Of a stretch of DNA of 64,000 nucleotides, positions 1-9,915 are shown piece after piece. A program made the position numbers and the translations under genes. The number at the start of each line of letters is the position of its first letter. Within the stretch, counting starts at the first letter, position 1. The notes beneath the pieces are model-generated. The model saw only the letters and a list, made by a program, of their open reading frames with translations. It did no database searches and was not told the DNA's origin. This DNA is from an uncultured Eubacteriales bacterium (GTDB lineage Bacteria > Acidobacteriota > Aminicenantia > Aminicenantales > UBA8522): the NCBI GenBank assembly GCA_964445305.1, contig CAYUKK010000022.1, positions 3,174 through 67,173 of the forward strand, in the 5' to 3' direction.

Positions 1-783
1 ACTTTCGTCCGGATCAGCGGACCTCCTCTCTCTCCTGCCTTAGTCCTTCTTCATGGAATTAACGGGAGTTCCCTCCAGTGGATACCCAACATCAAGGCTC
101 TATCTGAGCTTTTGAGGACCTACACCATCGATGGCATTTACGATTGCGGTCTGAGTGTTTATAGCCGGCTTCCCCGGGGCGCGGAAGACTTTGTCCTCTG
201 GCTCGACGAGCTTTTCGGAGCTCTTGACTTCAAGCACAAAATCAACCTTCTTGGGCTTTCCTATGGTGGCTGGCAGGCTATCCGCTATGCCCTTCGCTTC
301 CCCGAAAAGCTCAACAAACTTGTCCTTCTCGCGCCCGCCGGGACGCTCCTCCCCATCCGTAAGGAATGGCTCTTTCGGGCTGCCTGCTGCGCCTTGCCCT
401 GTCGCTGCTTCACCCGGAGTTTCCTCCGCTGGATTCTCGAAGACGCCGTGAGAAAAGATGAGACGACTCGAAAGATGGTCGAAGAATGGGTGGATATTTC
501 CTATGCCGCCATGCGCTCCTTCAAACCCAAGCGTCTCGTCAACCCCGACGTCCTCAAAGATGAGGAGCTCAACAGTCTGCGCGTGCCAACTCTCTTTCTC
601 GTCGGCGAAAATGAGAAGCTCTACCCGGCCCGAAAGGCCATCGCTCGTCTCAACGCCGTCGCTCCCCAGGTCCTGACGAAGCTCATTCCGGGGGCCGGGC
701 ATGATTTGACCCTGGCTCAGACCGAAACCGTCAACCGTGAGATTCTTGATTTTTTAATTGACAGGAAAAATTTCTCCTTATAA
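1..783 (+). CDS. alpha/beta-fold hydrolase (5' partial; continues upstream of window)
   Basis: Frame 1 is open from nt 1 (..LVLLHGINGSS..), i.e. the HG oxyanion region of alpha/beta hydrolases. GLSYGG nucleophile elbow (GxSxG). Late GAGH motif. The listed ORF 112..783 is the in-window part. Confidence 0.7.
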   Translation, partial: TFVRISGPPLSPALVLLHGINGSSLQWIPNIKALSELLRTYTIDGIYDCGLSVYSRLPRGAEDFVLWLDELFGALDFKHKINLLGLSYGGWQAIRYALRFPEKLNKLVLLAPAGTLLPIRKEWLFRAACCALPCRCFTRSFLRWILEDAVRKDETTRKMVEEWVDISYAAMRSFKPKRLVNPDVLKDEELNSLRVPTLFLVGENEKLYPARKAIARLNAVAPQVLTKLIPGAGHDLTLAQTETVNREILDFLIDRKNFSL

Positions 784-1146
784 ACTTTTTCTTCTCGTCG
801 CTATGCTTTCTTTAGGAAAGGCATGCCAAATCCGCCATGCCTTGAACCTTATCGAGGTCCCTATCTTTCGCCAAGAAAGGAAACGGCATCTTGCCATATT
901 TTACCCTCTCTCAAAGCGTGTTGAGAAAGAGCCGAACTTCAGGGCGCCCGATCGGGCCGGCCGGTCCAGCCGCGGGGTTCCCACACGCCGGGGAGCGAGT
1001 TCCGCCGCTTCTTCGGCCGGAGAAGTCCCCCTGTCGTCTTCTCCACGATGGGGCTTCAGGCCAGCATTGAAGCCATCTTGCGCTTGGGCTCTGCTACTTT
1101 TACCATGAAAGATATTTATCTTCACACCCGACAAAGGAGGTAATGG

Positions 1147-3558
1147 ATGAAAAGACAACCTGCGATCTTCCGTTCACGACTCTTTCTTTTTTGCCTTTTT
1201 CTTCTCAGCCTGACTTCTTTCCTCTTCTCCCAACAGCCCAAAAAGCCAGCCCGGATCCTGTCGACACCTCCGGAGGTGAGGCTGGAAGGATTCGCCAACC
1301 ACCTGGAGATGGAAAAGGCATCGCCCTTCAAGGACCTCAAGTGGCAATTCCTGGGTCCGACCAACGTGAGTGGCCGCTGCACAGACGTGGCCGTTCTCAC
1401 TCCAAAGGGCAAGAGCTACACTATCTATGTAGCTACCGCTTCGGGGGGCGTCTGGAAAACAGAGAATGAGGGAACGACATGGGAGCCCATCTTCGACCAG
1501 GAACTCTCCACGTCCATCGGCGACATCGCCGTTGCTCCTTCCGACCCCAACATCCTCTGGGTCGGCACGGGCGAGGCGAACATCTTCCGGAGCTCCCACC
1601 CCGGGTGCGGAATCTATAAGTCGACTGACGCCGGGAAGACGTGGCAGCATGCCGGCTTGACCGACACGAACACGATCGCCCGCATCGTCATCCATCCGAA
1701 GAACCCCGACGTGGTTTACGTGGCGGCCTCCGGCCACGAATGGACCTTCAACCCGGAGCGCGGGGTTTATAAGACCACGGACGGCGGGAAGACATGGGCC
1801 AAGATTCTCTACATCAACGAGCAGACCGGAGCGATCGACCTGGTCATGGACCCGACCAACCCCGATGTCCTCTATGCGGCCACCTGGCAGAGGGTCAGGA
1901 AAAAATGGAATGACCCCCGCAACGAGCCCCAGTACACAGGGAGCGGCATATGGAAGACGACCGACGGTGGAGCGACTTGGGACCCGATCAACAACGGCCT
2001 TCCCGAGCCCCGCTTCCGCGGCCGTATTGGCCTCGATATCTGTCTCTCCAAGCCCAATGTCCTCTACGCCTTTGTCGATAATTATGAAGTCGCCCGCGAG
2101 GCCGAGCCTGGCCGTTTCGATTCCTACGGCCGGCCTGCCCAGGCCGTTATCAAGGGAGCGACGGTTTACCGCTCTGACGACGCCGGCGAGAGCTGGCGGC
2201 TCGCCGCGCCCATAACCAACGAAATGAAACCCTACCTGGAGCGGCATTCGGGCACTTATGGCTGGGTCTTCGGGCAGATCCGCGTCGACCCCAACGACGA
2301 AAACAAAATCTTCATCCTGGGTGTGCCGATGAGTGTGTCCACGGACGGCGGCAAAAGCTTCCGCAGGGTGCCCAATATGTATCATGTCGACAATCACGGG
2401 CTCTGGATTGACCCGGATAATTCCAGCTACATCGTCAATGTCAACGACGGCGGCATCGAAATTTCCTATGACGGGGGCAAGACGTGGCGAAATTTCAGGA
2501 ACAACCTGCCCGTCTGCCAGTTCTTTAACCTCAATTACGACATGGACACTCCCTTCCGCGTCTATGGCTCGATGCAGGACCACGGAAGCTACCGGGCTGT
2601 CGTCGACCTTAGCCGGGGCCGTAACGCCATCCCCACGCAGGAATTCGAGAGGGCGCCGGGTGGGGAAGGCTCCCATCACGCCATCGACCCGACCAACCCG
2701 AACATCGTCTATTCCTGTGGCTTCTACGGCAACTTGTCCCGGACCGATTTGAGCAAGACGGGGCCCGAGCGCTCGAAGCTCATCGTGCCCCGCGTTTACC
2801 CTGACGAGCCGCCGCTCCGCGGCCAATGGCTGGCCCACTTCATCCTTTCGCCCCACAACCCGAACATCATCTACCACGGCATGCAGTATCTCTTCCGCTC
2901 TACTGACCGAGGCGACACCTGGGAGCGGATCAGCCCGGACCTGAGCTACTTCACGCCGACTGAGCAGGGCGATATCCCCTACCACACGATTACCGCCATC
3001 GCCGAATCTCCGCTAAAAGCCGGGCTCATCTATGTCGGGACGGATTGCGGCCGGGTGAGCGTGACCAGGGACGGCGGAAAGACCTGGCAGGAGATAACCC
3101 GTGGCCTCCCCTACCAGAAGTGGGTCTCCCGGATCGTCGCCTCCCAGTATGACATGGCCACCGTCTACCTCACTCAGCACGGCCGGGCTGATGACGATTT
3201 CGCTCCCTACATCTGGAAATCGACGGATTTCGGCAAGACGTGGACGAGCATCTCCGCCGGAATTCCTCTGGGGCCGGTCAACGTCATCAGGGAAGACCCG
3301 GTCGATAGAAACATCCTTTATGTGGGCACGGACCTTGGTGTTTACGTGAGCAAAGACGGGGCCAAGACTTGGCATGTCCTCGGCGCTAACCTTCCCTCCG
3401 CTTACGTCCATGACCTTATCATCCACCCGCGGGATAACATCATCGTCATCGCCACGCACGGCCGTGGCATGTGGGCCATGGACGCGGACCCAGTCAACGA
3501 GAAGCCCAAACGGCCGCGCCGCTTTTTCTTCGAGGATGAGCCTGCGACCGTCCGCTGA
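1147..3558 (+). CDS. secreted BNR/Asp-box repeat protein (sialidase/GH74/sortilin-like beta-propeller)
   Basis: AGGAGG 5 nt upstream of ATG. N-terminal signal peptide. At least 8 Asp-box repeats S/T-x-D-x-G-x-T-W (TDAGKTW, TDGGKTW x3, TDGGATW, YDGGKTW, TDFGKTW, KDGAKTW). Confidence 0.75.
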   Translation: MKRQPAIFRSRLFLFCLFLLSLTSFLFSQQPKKPARILSTPPEVRLEGFANHLEMEKASPFKDLKWQFLGPTNVSGRCTDVAVLTPKGKSYTIYVATASGGVWKTENEGTTWEPIFDQELSTSIGDIAVAPSDPNILWVGTGEANIFRSSHPGCGIYKSTDAGKTWQHAGLTDTNTIARIVIHPKNPDVVYVAASGHEWTFNPERGVYKTTDGGKTWAKILYINEQTGAIDLVMDPTNPDVLYAATWQRVRKKWNDPRNEPQYTGSGIWKTTDGGATWDPINNGLPEPRFRGRIGLDICLSKPNVLYAFVDNYEVAREAEPGRFDSYGRPAQAVIKGATVYRSDDAGESWRLAAPITNEMKPYLERHSGTYGWVFGQIRVDPNDENKIFILGVPMSVSTDGGKSFRRVPNMYHVDNHGLWIDPDNSSYIVNVNDGGIEISYDGGKTWRNFRNNLPVCQFFNLNYDMDTPFRVYGSMQDHGSYRAVVDLSRGRNAIPTQEFERAPGGEGSHHAIDPTNPNIVYSCGFYGNLSRTDLSKTGPERSKLIVPRVYPDEPPLRGQWLAHFILSPHNPNIIYHGMQYLFRSTDRGDTWERISPDLSYFTPTEQGDIPYHTITAIAESPLKAGLIYVGTDCGRVSVTRDGGKTWQEITRGLPYQKWVSRIVASQYDMATVYLTQHGRADDDFAPYIWKSTDFGKTWTSISAGIPLGPVNVIREDPVDRNILYVGTDLGVYVSKDGAKTWHVLGANLPSAYVHDLIIHPRDNIIVIATHGRGMWAMDADPVNEKPKRPRRFFFEDEPATVR

Positions 3559-3963
3559 AGGAAATCGACTTCAACCAAGAAGCCTTCTTGGTCACTCGGT
3601 TCTCAGGCGAGGCTACGGCCCATCCGGGGCAATCCTTGGGAGGCAGCGCTTGATGCTTTCCATCGGGTTGGCGGCCGTTTCGTGCTCAAAATTGGAGCAC
3701 GTGGTACCGCCCCTAGTTTCGCAGACCTCAAAGATTACTGGCAGGAAGTTCCCTGTGTCGAGCTGCTTAGCCACACCTCGCTCCGTATGATCAAAGAAAA
3801 TTTCTCAGCGAGGCGGAATGGTCCACCTTGCTGAATCGGGGCCCTTTTAACCATTTGGGCAGCTCCCCCGTCCGTTCCTCTGAGCTTTGACTCTCTCTCG
3901 TGGCCTGTGGTATTTTTACCGCGAAACATGAACCGATTTTACAACGCCGAAAGGTCATACTCC

Positions 3964-4764
3964 ATGAAGCGAAAACGCTTTTTTTTAACTTCTGTGGCCG
4001 GGTTGTTACTCGGGCTGGTCGCCGTTTTGCTTGTGTTCGCCAGCGCTGCCGCGCCATCCCGCGAAACCTATATCGAAGATTTCGACCACGGCGCAGGCGG
4101 GTGGCTGGCCAACCGCTACGACCCCTTGCCCATTTTCGATGGCGTCGCCTACTGTTTCGGCCCCTGGTATCTCGACAGCCACCACGCGCCGCCTGGCGCT
4201 GGCTACCTCCACATGCTCATGTATCTCTACACGAGCGATAAGAATGTCAGCCCCGAGCGGAAAGCTCACCTCAAGGGAAACCGGTTCATCGAACGCAACC
4301 AGAGCACCGACCTCACAAACGCCCGGTTGAGCGTTCGCCTACGGGGTGAAATCGACCTCCAGGGAGCCGAAATGCTGCTCCTCGTTCAGGGGAAGACAGC
4401 CAAGACGACGGCGAACTTCGTCCTCAGCGGCCAGCCCCTCCGAGTCAATCACGACTGGACTGAGCAAACGCTCGTCCTTGCGCCCGACCCCAAGCAGTGG
4501 ACCTGTCTCGGAGCCCGCTGGGACAAGACCTCCGAATACGGCTGCGACGACATCGCGACTGTCCTCAAGGACGTCAACTGGGACATCATGTTCGTCCTCT
4601 TCCCGCTCAAGATTGTGCCCACCCATCCCGAGCTCGTCAAGGATATGCACAAAATGCGGCCCGGACAGGATTACCCCGGCTATCCGAGCTATGAGGTCGA
4701 GCAGAAATTCCTGCCCAAGGGCATCATCATGATCGACTGGGTCCGAATCGATTACCCACAGTGA
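3964..4764 (+). CDS. hypothetical secreted protein (signal peptide/TM then ~240 aa, no recognisable motif)
   Basis: ORF 3907..4764. MKRKRFFLTSVAGLLLGLVAVLLVFASAAAP is a typical signal peptide from the ATG at 3964. Consistent coding frame. No homology recognised. Confidence 0.5.
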   Translation: MKRKRFFLTSVAGLLLGLVAVLLVFASAAAPSRETYIEDFDHGAGGWLANRYDPLPIFDGVAYCFGPWYLDSHHAPPGAGYLHMLMYLYTSDKNVSPERKAHLKGNRFIERNQSTDLTNARLSVRLRGEIDLQGAEMLLLVQGKTAKTTANFVLSGQPLRVNHDWTEQTLVLAPDPKQWTCLGARWDKTSEYGCDDIATVLKDVNWDIMFVLFPLKIVPTHPELVKDMHKMRPGQDYPGYPSYEVEQKFLPKGIIMIDWVRIDYPQ

Positions 4765-4792
4765 AGAAAACCTGAATCGCGAAAATTATTTC

Positions 4793-6829
4793 TTAGTACT
4801 CCGAAGAAAAGGCAATCCAGGGAAAGGATGAAATCCTCAGCCGGGCGCAACCCATCGGAATCAAGGTTACATCTTCGACAGGCTGCGGCGAATTGATGGG
4901 GCTCTGCGGGAGCTTTCCGACCATCCGTCCTTCCGCCTTCCATTGAGGGAGGCGCTTCGCCTTGGCCTTGAGGACAATCGGCGCCCGCTCCGGCTCAAAC
5001 GGCTGATAGGCAGGCGCCTCGTGTTTCACTATCTCCACCGAAAGCTCCGGCCTTTCGGGGTCAAGGACCAGGCCATAATTCCACGGGCTTATGGGGAGAA
5101 TTTCATAAGCTGGCCAATCGTCGGTTCCGCCGTAGCGGTTCCATTCTTCGGCAATCTTGAGGGAGAACCAGAGCGGACCCCGCCTGACCGAAACGGCGTT
5201 TCCTGTTTTCGGCCATTTTTTGACGCGGATTTTAGGAAAAAATTCCAGCCTCACCTGGTCGCCGTTTTTCCATTGCCGCGCCAGGACTGCATAATGACCT
5301 GGACGCAGCTCCGCCTCCTGTTTCCGACCGTTGACTGAGATAGCCGCCTCCTCCGCCCAATCAGGGAGCCTCAGATAAAGAGGAAATTCGGCGGCCGATT
5401 CCGTCCAGATGGTGAAATCGATGACATCGCCGAAAGGATACCAGGTGTCTTCCGAAATCCGAACCTCTTGTCCATTTCCCGCTTTGGCCCTGACCTCGGA
5501 AGGAGCATAGAGCACGGCGGCTAATCCGTTGTCCGGGGTGGCAAGCCAGAGATGCTCGGCAAAATAGGGCCAGCCAAAGGCAACGTTGTGCTGGCAGCAG
5601 CGGTAAGACCAGGGGTCATAGGAGACAAGCGTGCCCTCGTTCTGGAAATCGTGCTCGGCTGAGCTGTCGCAGGAGATTAGGTTCGGCGCCGTCAGATAAT
5701 GGAGAGCCCGCAGGTCTGGAGTCATCGCCGCCGGAAGCGAATTAAAGGCAATCTCCTCGCAGCGGTCAGCGTAGCGAGTATTGCCCGTGATTTTCAACAG
5801 CGACTCGTGGCTGTGCATGAACTCGACCATCGAGCAGGTTTCGGCGGCGTAGCGCGGGTCGGTGTGTCCGGGACGGATGTTCTCGTCGGCTCCGAACATG
5901 CCGCCCGGTTGCTGCCCGTACTCGCCCATGAGGAGGCGGTAATTCTTTTCAACGATCTCAAGGTACTTCGGGTCCCTGGCCTGCTGGAAATAAACGCCGG
6001 GGTAGCGAATCCCCATGGTGATGTTGACGCCGTGGTAAAACGAGCTCACTTCCCAATTCCTGTCCCTTTCCGGGCTGATGATATCACTTTCCCAGTCCGC
6101 TGTCCGTTCGTAGATCCGGCGGCCGAGGTCGAGGAGAAACCGCTCACCGGTCCGGTTGTAAAGCCAGTAAACGCTTTCCAGGTTTTCCCCACCGCGCAAT
6201 TTCTGCCAGCTTCCTGGAAGGAGGTCGTCAACAGGAAGGTTCCACTCAAACCGAAAATACTTGGCCATGAACGGGATGACCCGCTCATCTCCGGTCGCTT
6301 CGTAAAGGCTCTGGAGACAGGCAAGGACAAGCATGTTCGGCCACAGGTCCCGATTTTGACGGTTCTCCGGTGGGCCAAAATACCCGTCTTCCTGCTGGCT
6401 GCGGAAGACGATGTCCAGCCACTTTCTGGCGGTCGAAATAATCTCGGCGTCTTTGAGGATGTAGCCCAGGTCGCCATAGCCCTTAAGCCAGTAAGGCATC
6501 TCTTCCCAGCCGCGGCCTTTGAGCGTGATCCATCCGGAGTCCTCTTTCAAAAATCGGCTCAACTCCGGCAGATGTCCCGTTAAGCCGTCTCTCATGAGCT
6601 GGAGCTGACTGAGGAGCCAGCCCTTCGGCGCGATGCTGCCGATGGGAAGCTTCACCAGCGGGCTCGGGGCGAGCGGAGCCCGATTGGACACATAGAAGCG
6701 GTTGACGGCCAGCGTCGGCGGAGACTTAACGACCCTGACCTCATTCTTCATCGGCTCCTTCCCCTTACTCCTGGCCAGGCCAAGAATCAAAAAAAGGAAA
6801 AGGGAGATGGCCAAGACGTTTTTGATCAT
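4793..6829 (-). CDS. glycoside hydrolase family 127-like (beta-L-arabinofuranosidase HypBA1/DUF1680 family)
   Basis: E-T-C (AETCSMVEF) and C-C (SYRCCQHN) motifs match the Zn/catalytic Cys ligands of GH127. Signal peptide MIKNVLAISLFLFLILGLA. GGAGAAAG RBS before the ATG at 6829; the ORF extends to 6868. Confidence 0.7.
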   Translation of the reverse strand: MIKNVLAISLFLFLILGLARSKGKEPMKNEVRVVKSPPTLAVNRFYVSNRAPLAPSPLVKLPIGSIAPKGWLLSQLQLMRDGLTGHLPELSRFLKEDSGWITLKGRGWEEMPYWLKGYGDLGYILKDAEIISTARKWLDIVFRSQQEDGYFGPPENRQNRDLWPNMLVLACLQSLYEATGDERVIPFMAKYFRFEWNLPVDDLLPGSWQKLRGGENLESVYWLYNRTGERFLLDLGRRIYERTADWESDIISPERDRNWEVSSFYHGVNITMGIRYPGVYFQQARDPKYLEIVEKNYRLLMGEYGQQPGGMFGADENIRPGHTDPRYAAETCSMVEFMHSHESLLKITGNTRYADRCEEIAFNSLPAAMTPDLRALHYLTAPNLISCDSSAEHDFQNEGTLVSYDPWSYRCCQHNVAFGWPYFAEHLWLATPDNGLAAVLYAPSEVRAKAGNGQEVRISEDTWYPFGDVIDFTIWTESAAEFPLYLRLPDWAEEAAISVNGRKQEAELRPGHYAVLARQWKNGDQVRLEFFPKIRVKKWPKTGNAVSVRRGPLWFSLKIAEEWNRYGGTDDWPAYEILPISPWNYGLVLDPERPELSVEIVKHEAPAYQPFEPERAPIVLKAKAKRLPQWKAEGRMVGKLPQSPINSPQPVEDVTLIPMGCARLRISSFPWIAFSSEY

Positions 6830-6903
6830 CTTTCTTTCTCCTTGCTCAAAAGAAAGATACATTTCCACATCCGCTCCTCAAATCATTTCCGATAACTTCG
6901 GCC

Positions 6904-8358
6904 ATGTCAACCCCCAAAAAAACTTGGTTCTTAGAGCGAGCAAAGAAGTTTTTCTTTTACCCTGTCCAAAGCGATTTATTCTATAATATTTTTGCCATGA
7001 CCGAGGGCAAACTCCTGGCTGCCTTCGAAAAAGTCGAGATCACTCCCCGCTATTCTGTCCACCTGGGCGGATACTTCAACAAGAGAGTTTCCGAAGGCGT
7101 CCTCGACCCCCTTCATATGAGACTTGCCGCCCTATCAGACGGCGAGCACCGCTTTCTCTTTATCCAGGTCGAAAACTGCGCCATCTCCACCCCTGATGCT
7201 GAAGACATAAGGAACCGGATCGCCCGGGAGAGCGAATATCAAAAGCATGAGATCATGCTCTTCACCTCTCACATCCACACCGGACCTGACCTCATCGGGT
7301 TTTTTGGCCTGCCCAAAGAAAAAAGATACTTGGAAGACCTCAAGAGAATGGTCGTCGAGGCTGCCGTCCGACTGAATCCCCAGGCATCCGTCTCTCTTTC
7401 TTTCGCCAGAGCAACCTATGAACGTCTTGCCTATAACCGGCGCTGGGTGATGAAGGGCGGCGGCGTGGTTACCAACCCGCCGAAGAATTCAACGGAAAGG
7501 CTGAGGCCGGAGGGGGCGGTCGATCGAGAAGCGAATACAATCGTTTTTAAGGACGAAGGGGGAAGGATTCAGGCCCTGTTCGTCAATATCTCCAACCACA
7601 CCGATACCATTGGCGGGAATATGATTTCAGCCGACTGGCCAGGGTTTATGGAAAGGCATCTGAATAAACTTCTGGAAACCGATATCCCCGTCTTTCTCTT
7701 TCTTGCCCCTCAGGGAAACATCAACCACTTCGAGTTCGAGAGTGAGCGGGCGCAGACGAATTATCAAGAGGCGCAGCGGCTTGGCCGTGCCTATGCCGAG
7801 ATCGTGGCGAGCTCCCTGACCCATCTGAAACCCCTTTCTTTGAAAGGGGGAGCGAGCCCGGCCCAAAGTCTTGAGGCGAGGGAAATCCTTCTTCCCATTC
7901 CCGCTCGGAAAATCTCCGCCGCCGAGATAGAGAAGGCAGAGGAGATTCTATCTCGCAAAGAAGGGAGAAAAGAAAATCAAGGAAGACCATTAACTGCTGA
8001 AGACTTGGCTAAAAACCACGCCACGGTCGAGTGGCTTTTTGCCCGCGAGCTCGTGGAGCTGGCCAAAAACATGCCCAAAAACTACCGAGTACCCCTTCAG
8101 GCTGTCAAGCTGGGAAGCGTAGCGTTTGCCGCCATTCCGGGCGAGCCTTTTGTCGAAGTTGGACTCGAGCTCAAAAACATTGCTCCCTTCGAGCTTGTCT
8201 TTCCCGTTGCCCTTGCCAACGGCTATTTCGGCTACATTCCCCTCCGGAAGAATTTTGGCCGCGGCGGATACGAAACCCGGACAAGCTCGGCGAGTTTTCT
8301 CGCTGAGGATGCCGCGGACCGCATCCTCGAAGCTTTCCGTTTCCTCCTCGCCTTTTAA
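6904..8358 (+). CDS. neutral/alkaline ceramidase-like hydrolase (N-terminal catalytic domain type)
   Basis: KVEITPRYSVHLGGYF...DPLHMRLAAL..FLFIQVENCAIS resembles the neutral ceramidase N-terminal domain (K.DITP..GY..DPL..R.). Start uncertain (6904 or ATG 6997); no clear RBS. Confidence 0.55.
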   Translation: MSTPKKTWFLERAKKFFFYPVQSDLFYNIFAMTEGKLLAAFEKVEITPRYSVHLGGYFNKRVSEGVLDPLHMRLAALSDGEHRFLFIQVENCAISTPDAEDIRNRIARESEYQKHEIMLFTSHIHTGPDLIGFFGLPKEKRYLEDLKRMVVEAAVRLNPQASVSLSFARATYERLAYNRRWVMKGGGVVTNPPKNSTERLRPEGAVDREANTIVFKDEGGRIQALFVNISNHTDTIGGNMISADWPGFMERHLNKLLETDIPVFLFLAPQGNINHFEFESERAQTNYQEAQRLGRAYAEIVASSLTHLKPLSLKGGASPAQSLEAREILLPIPARKISAAEIEKAEEILSRKEGRKENQGRPLTAEDLAKNHATVEWLFARELVELAKNMPKNYRVPLQAVKLGSVAFAAIPGEPFVEVGLELKNIAPFELVFPVALANGYFGYIPLRKNFGRGGYETRTSSASFLAEDAADRILEAFRFLLAF

Positions 8359-8379
8359 GCCGACGGCGGCTCCTTTTTT
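8358..8379 (+). terminator. candidate intrinsic terminator after the ceramidase-like gene
   Basis: AGCCG-ACGG-CGGCT hairpin (5 bp GC-rich stem) followed by CC then TTTTTT immediately after the TAA stop at 8356-8358. Confidence 0.4.
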
Positions 8380-8412
8380 ATAGATGCCCAAGGAAAAGAG
8401 AGGCTAAGCCCA

Positions 8413-9186
8413 TCAAGCCGTTTTTGGGGGCGAAAAACAGAGCGGACCGAGGGCTTCCTGGAGCGGCCGGATATCCGTCGCCGCATATCCCAGATGGCTG
8501 TGCTGGCGCCACCCCTCGGCGTACTCAAACCGCCCCGACATGGCCCCGACTTTCCGGCTCATGTCCTTCATCGTGATGAGATAGGAATCCAGGCCCTGGC
8601 TTTTGTCCAGCCAGTCTTTCTGGCTGGCATGATGAGCCAGGAAATTCGCCTTTCGGTCAATGACCGAGGTAATGTCCACATAAAATTCTGGAACGACGGG
8701 CTCCCTGACCATATCCGTCAAGCCATAGGGAAGAGCATGGTAGAGAGCCGTGTCTTTGAGAATGGGGGGCCGCGGTGGGTTGGTGTCGTAATTGCGCATG
8801 GTCCGGACAAAAAGCGCCGTCGTGGCAATCCTGGCCGCGTTCATGTGATCCTCCATATAGTCCCGCAACGACAGGGTCAGGACAAGGTCAGGCTTGACTT
8901 CCCGGATGACGGCCGCTACCCGGCTGATGAGGTCCTGAGTATAAAAGACAGCCAAGTCGTCGACGATGCTCTCGTGATAGACAGCTCCGATGGATGAAGC
9001 AGCGCGGATACTCTCCTCCCGTCTGATACGGATGATTTCCTCTTTCGGGTGGACTTCTGTGCCGCAACTTCCGTTGGCGATATTCATGTAGTGGAGCTCA
9101 TGACCGCTATCCTTAAGGAGAAGCAGCGTTCCGCCCATCATGAACTCAATATCGTCAGGATGGCTACCGATGGCGAAAATAACCAT
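8413..9186 (-). CDS. PIG-L/LmbE family N-acetylglucosaminyl deacetylase
   Basis: N-terminal IFAIGSHPDDIEFMMGGTL is the PIG-L signature (HPDD). Length 257 aa, typical for the family. Confidence 0.8.
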   Translation of the reverse strand: MVIFAIGSHPDDIEFMMGGTLLLLKDSGHELHYMNIANGSCGTEVHPKEEIIRIRREESIRAASSIGAVYHESIVDDLAVFYTQDLISRVAAVIREVKPDLVLTLSLRDYMEDHMNAARIATTALFVRTMRNYDTNPPRPPILKDTALYHALPYGLTDMVREPVVPEFYVDITSVIDRKANFLAHHASQKDWLDKSQGLDSYLITMKDMSRKVGAMSGRFEYAEGWRQHSHLGYAATDIRPLQEALGPLCFSPPKTA

Positions 9187-9799
9187 CTTCCCTCCTCAGT
9201 CCATCTATGCTTTTAGCCGCCGCTTCCTTCCTCATGGCGACTTTGACTCTCCTGCCACTCCTCTGCCCCGACAAGAGGAATGATCCAGCATAGGCCGCGG
9301 CGACTTTTTCGAAAGCGGCAATCATGAGCTCAACATGCCTCTCCGTGTAAACGGGGTGAGTGAAAAAGGAAATGGTCCGGTCGCTCAGCCAGTGAGCAGT
9401 TGGGCAACGGACGGCCGAATAATCGACCCGACGCGCCGGCAGATTCCAGGAGGCAAACCTTTCAGGCTCAGCCAGTCCGATGGCCGACTGGACTTCGGTC
9501 ATCCGATAGTTAAACCCGACACGAGTATGGATGTGCATCAGCTTGGATTCAAGCTCGAGAAGGTTAAGTCTTTTCTGCACGTCATAACCATGGTCCCGGA
9601 ACGACCGGCAGCGCCAGGCAAGGTCCTCGTCATCGGTGATGACAGCGCCTCCTTCGCCGGCCGTCGTAAAATGCTTGCTCTGGCAAAAGCTGCCGGGGAC
9701 TGGGGATAACCTCTTCCGACCGCAACCAAACCCTTCCCTGGCAAGGCGGCTTTCCGCGATTCCACCAAACCCGACAATGGCGTACCGAATGGCCCTCAT
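9164..9799 (-). pseudogene. truncated DegT/DnrJ/EryC1 aminotransferase (C-terminal half only), apparently fused to a Gfo/Idh/MocA-type N-terminus
   Basis: Residues ~20-190 match the DegT C-terminal half (SFCQSKHFTTAGEGGAVITDD PLP-lysine motif; GFNYRMTEVQSAIGL). The ~150 N-terminal DegT residues are missing. The first 20 aa (MRAIRYAIVGFGGIAESRLA) look like a Gfo/Idh/MocA Rossmann N-terminus. The 3' end reads through into the PIG-L gene. In-frame stops lie immediately upstream of the ATG. Confidence 0.5.
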
Positions 9800-9915
9800 A
9801 GGACTCTCTCAGTCTTACCCAGCCGCACCGAAAAGCGCGACCAGATTCCCAAGTTTATTCAAGCTGGCGAGATGATGTCAAACCCGGGTTGCCTCATGAG
9901 AAAATGTACCCAATG

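Noticed and set aside
1174-2985. 603-aa ORF antisense to the BNR-repeat gene
   Set aside because: - Low-complexity, Arg/Ala/Gly/Val-rich translation typical of the GC-rich antisense frame.
- The sense strand carries 8 Asp-box repeats and a signal peptide.
3574-3592. Palindrome ACCAAGAAG-C-CTTCTTGGT just after the BNR gene stop
   Set aside because: The stem is AT-rich and there is no downstream U-run, so it is not a convincing intrinsic terminator; left unannotated.
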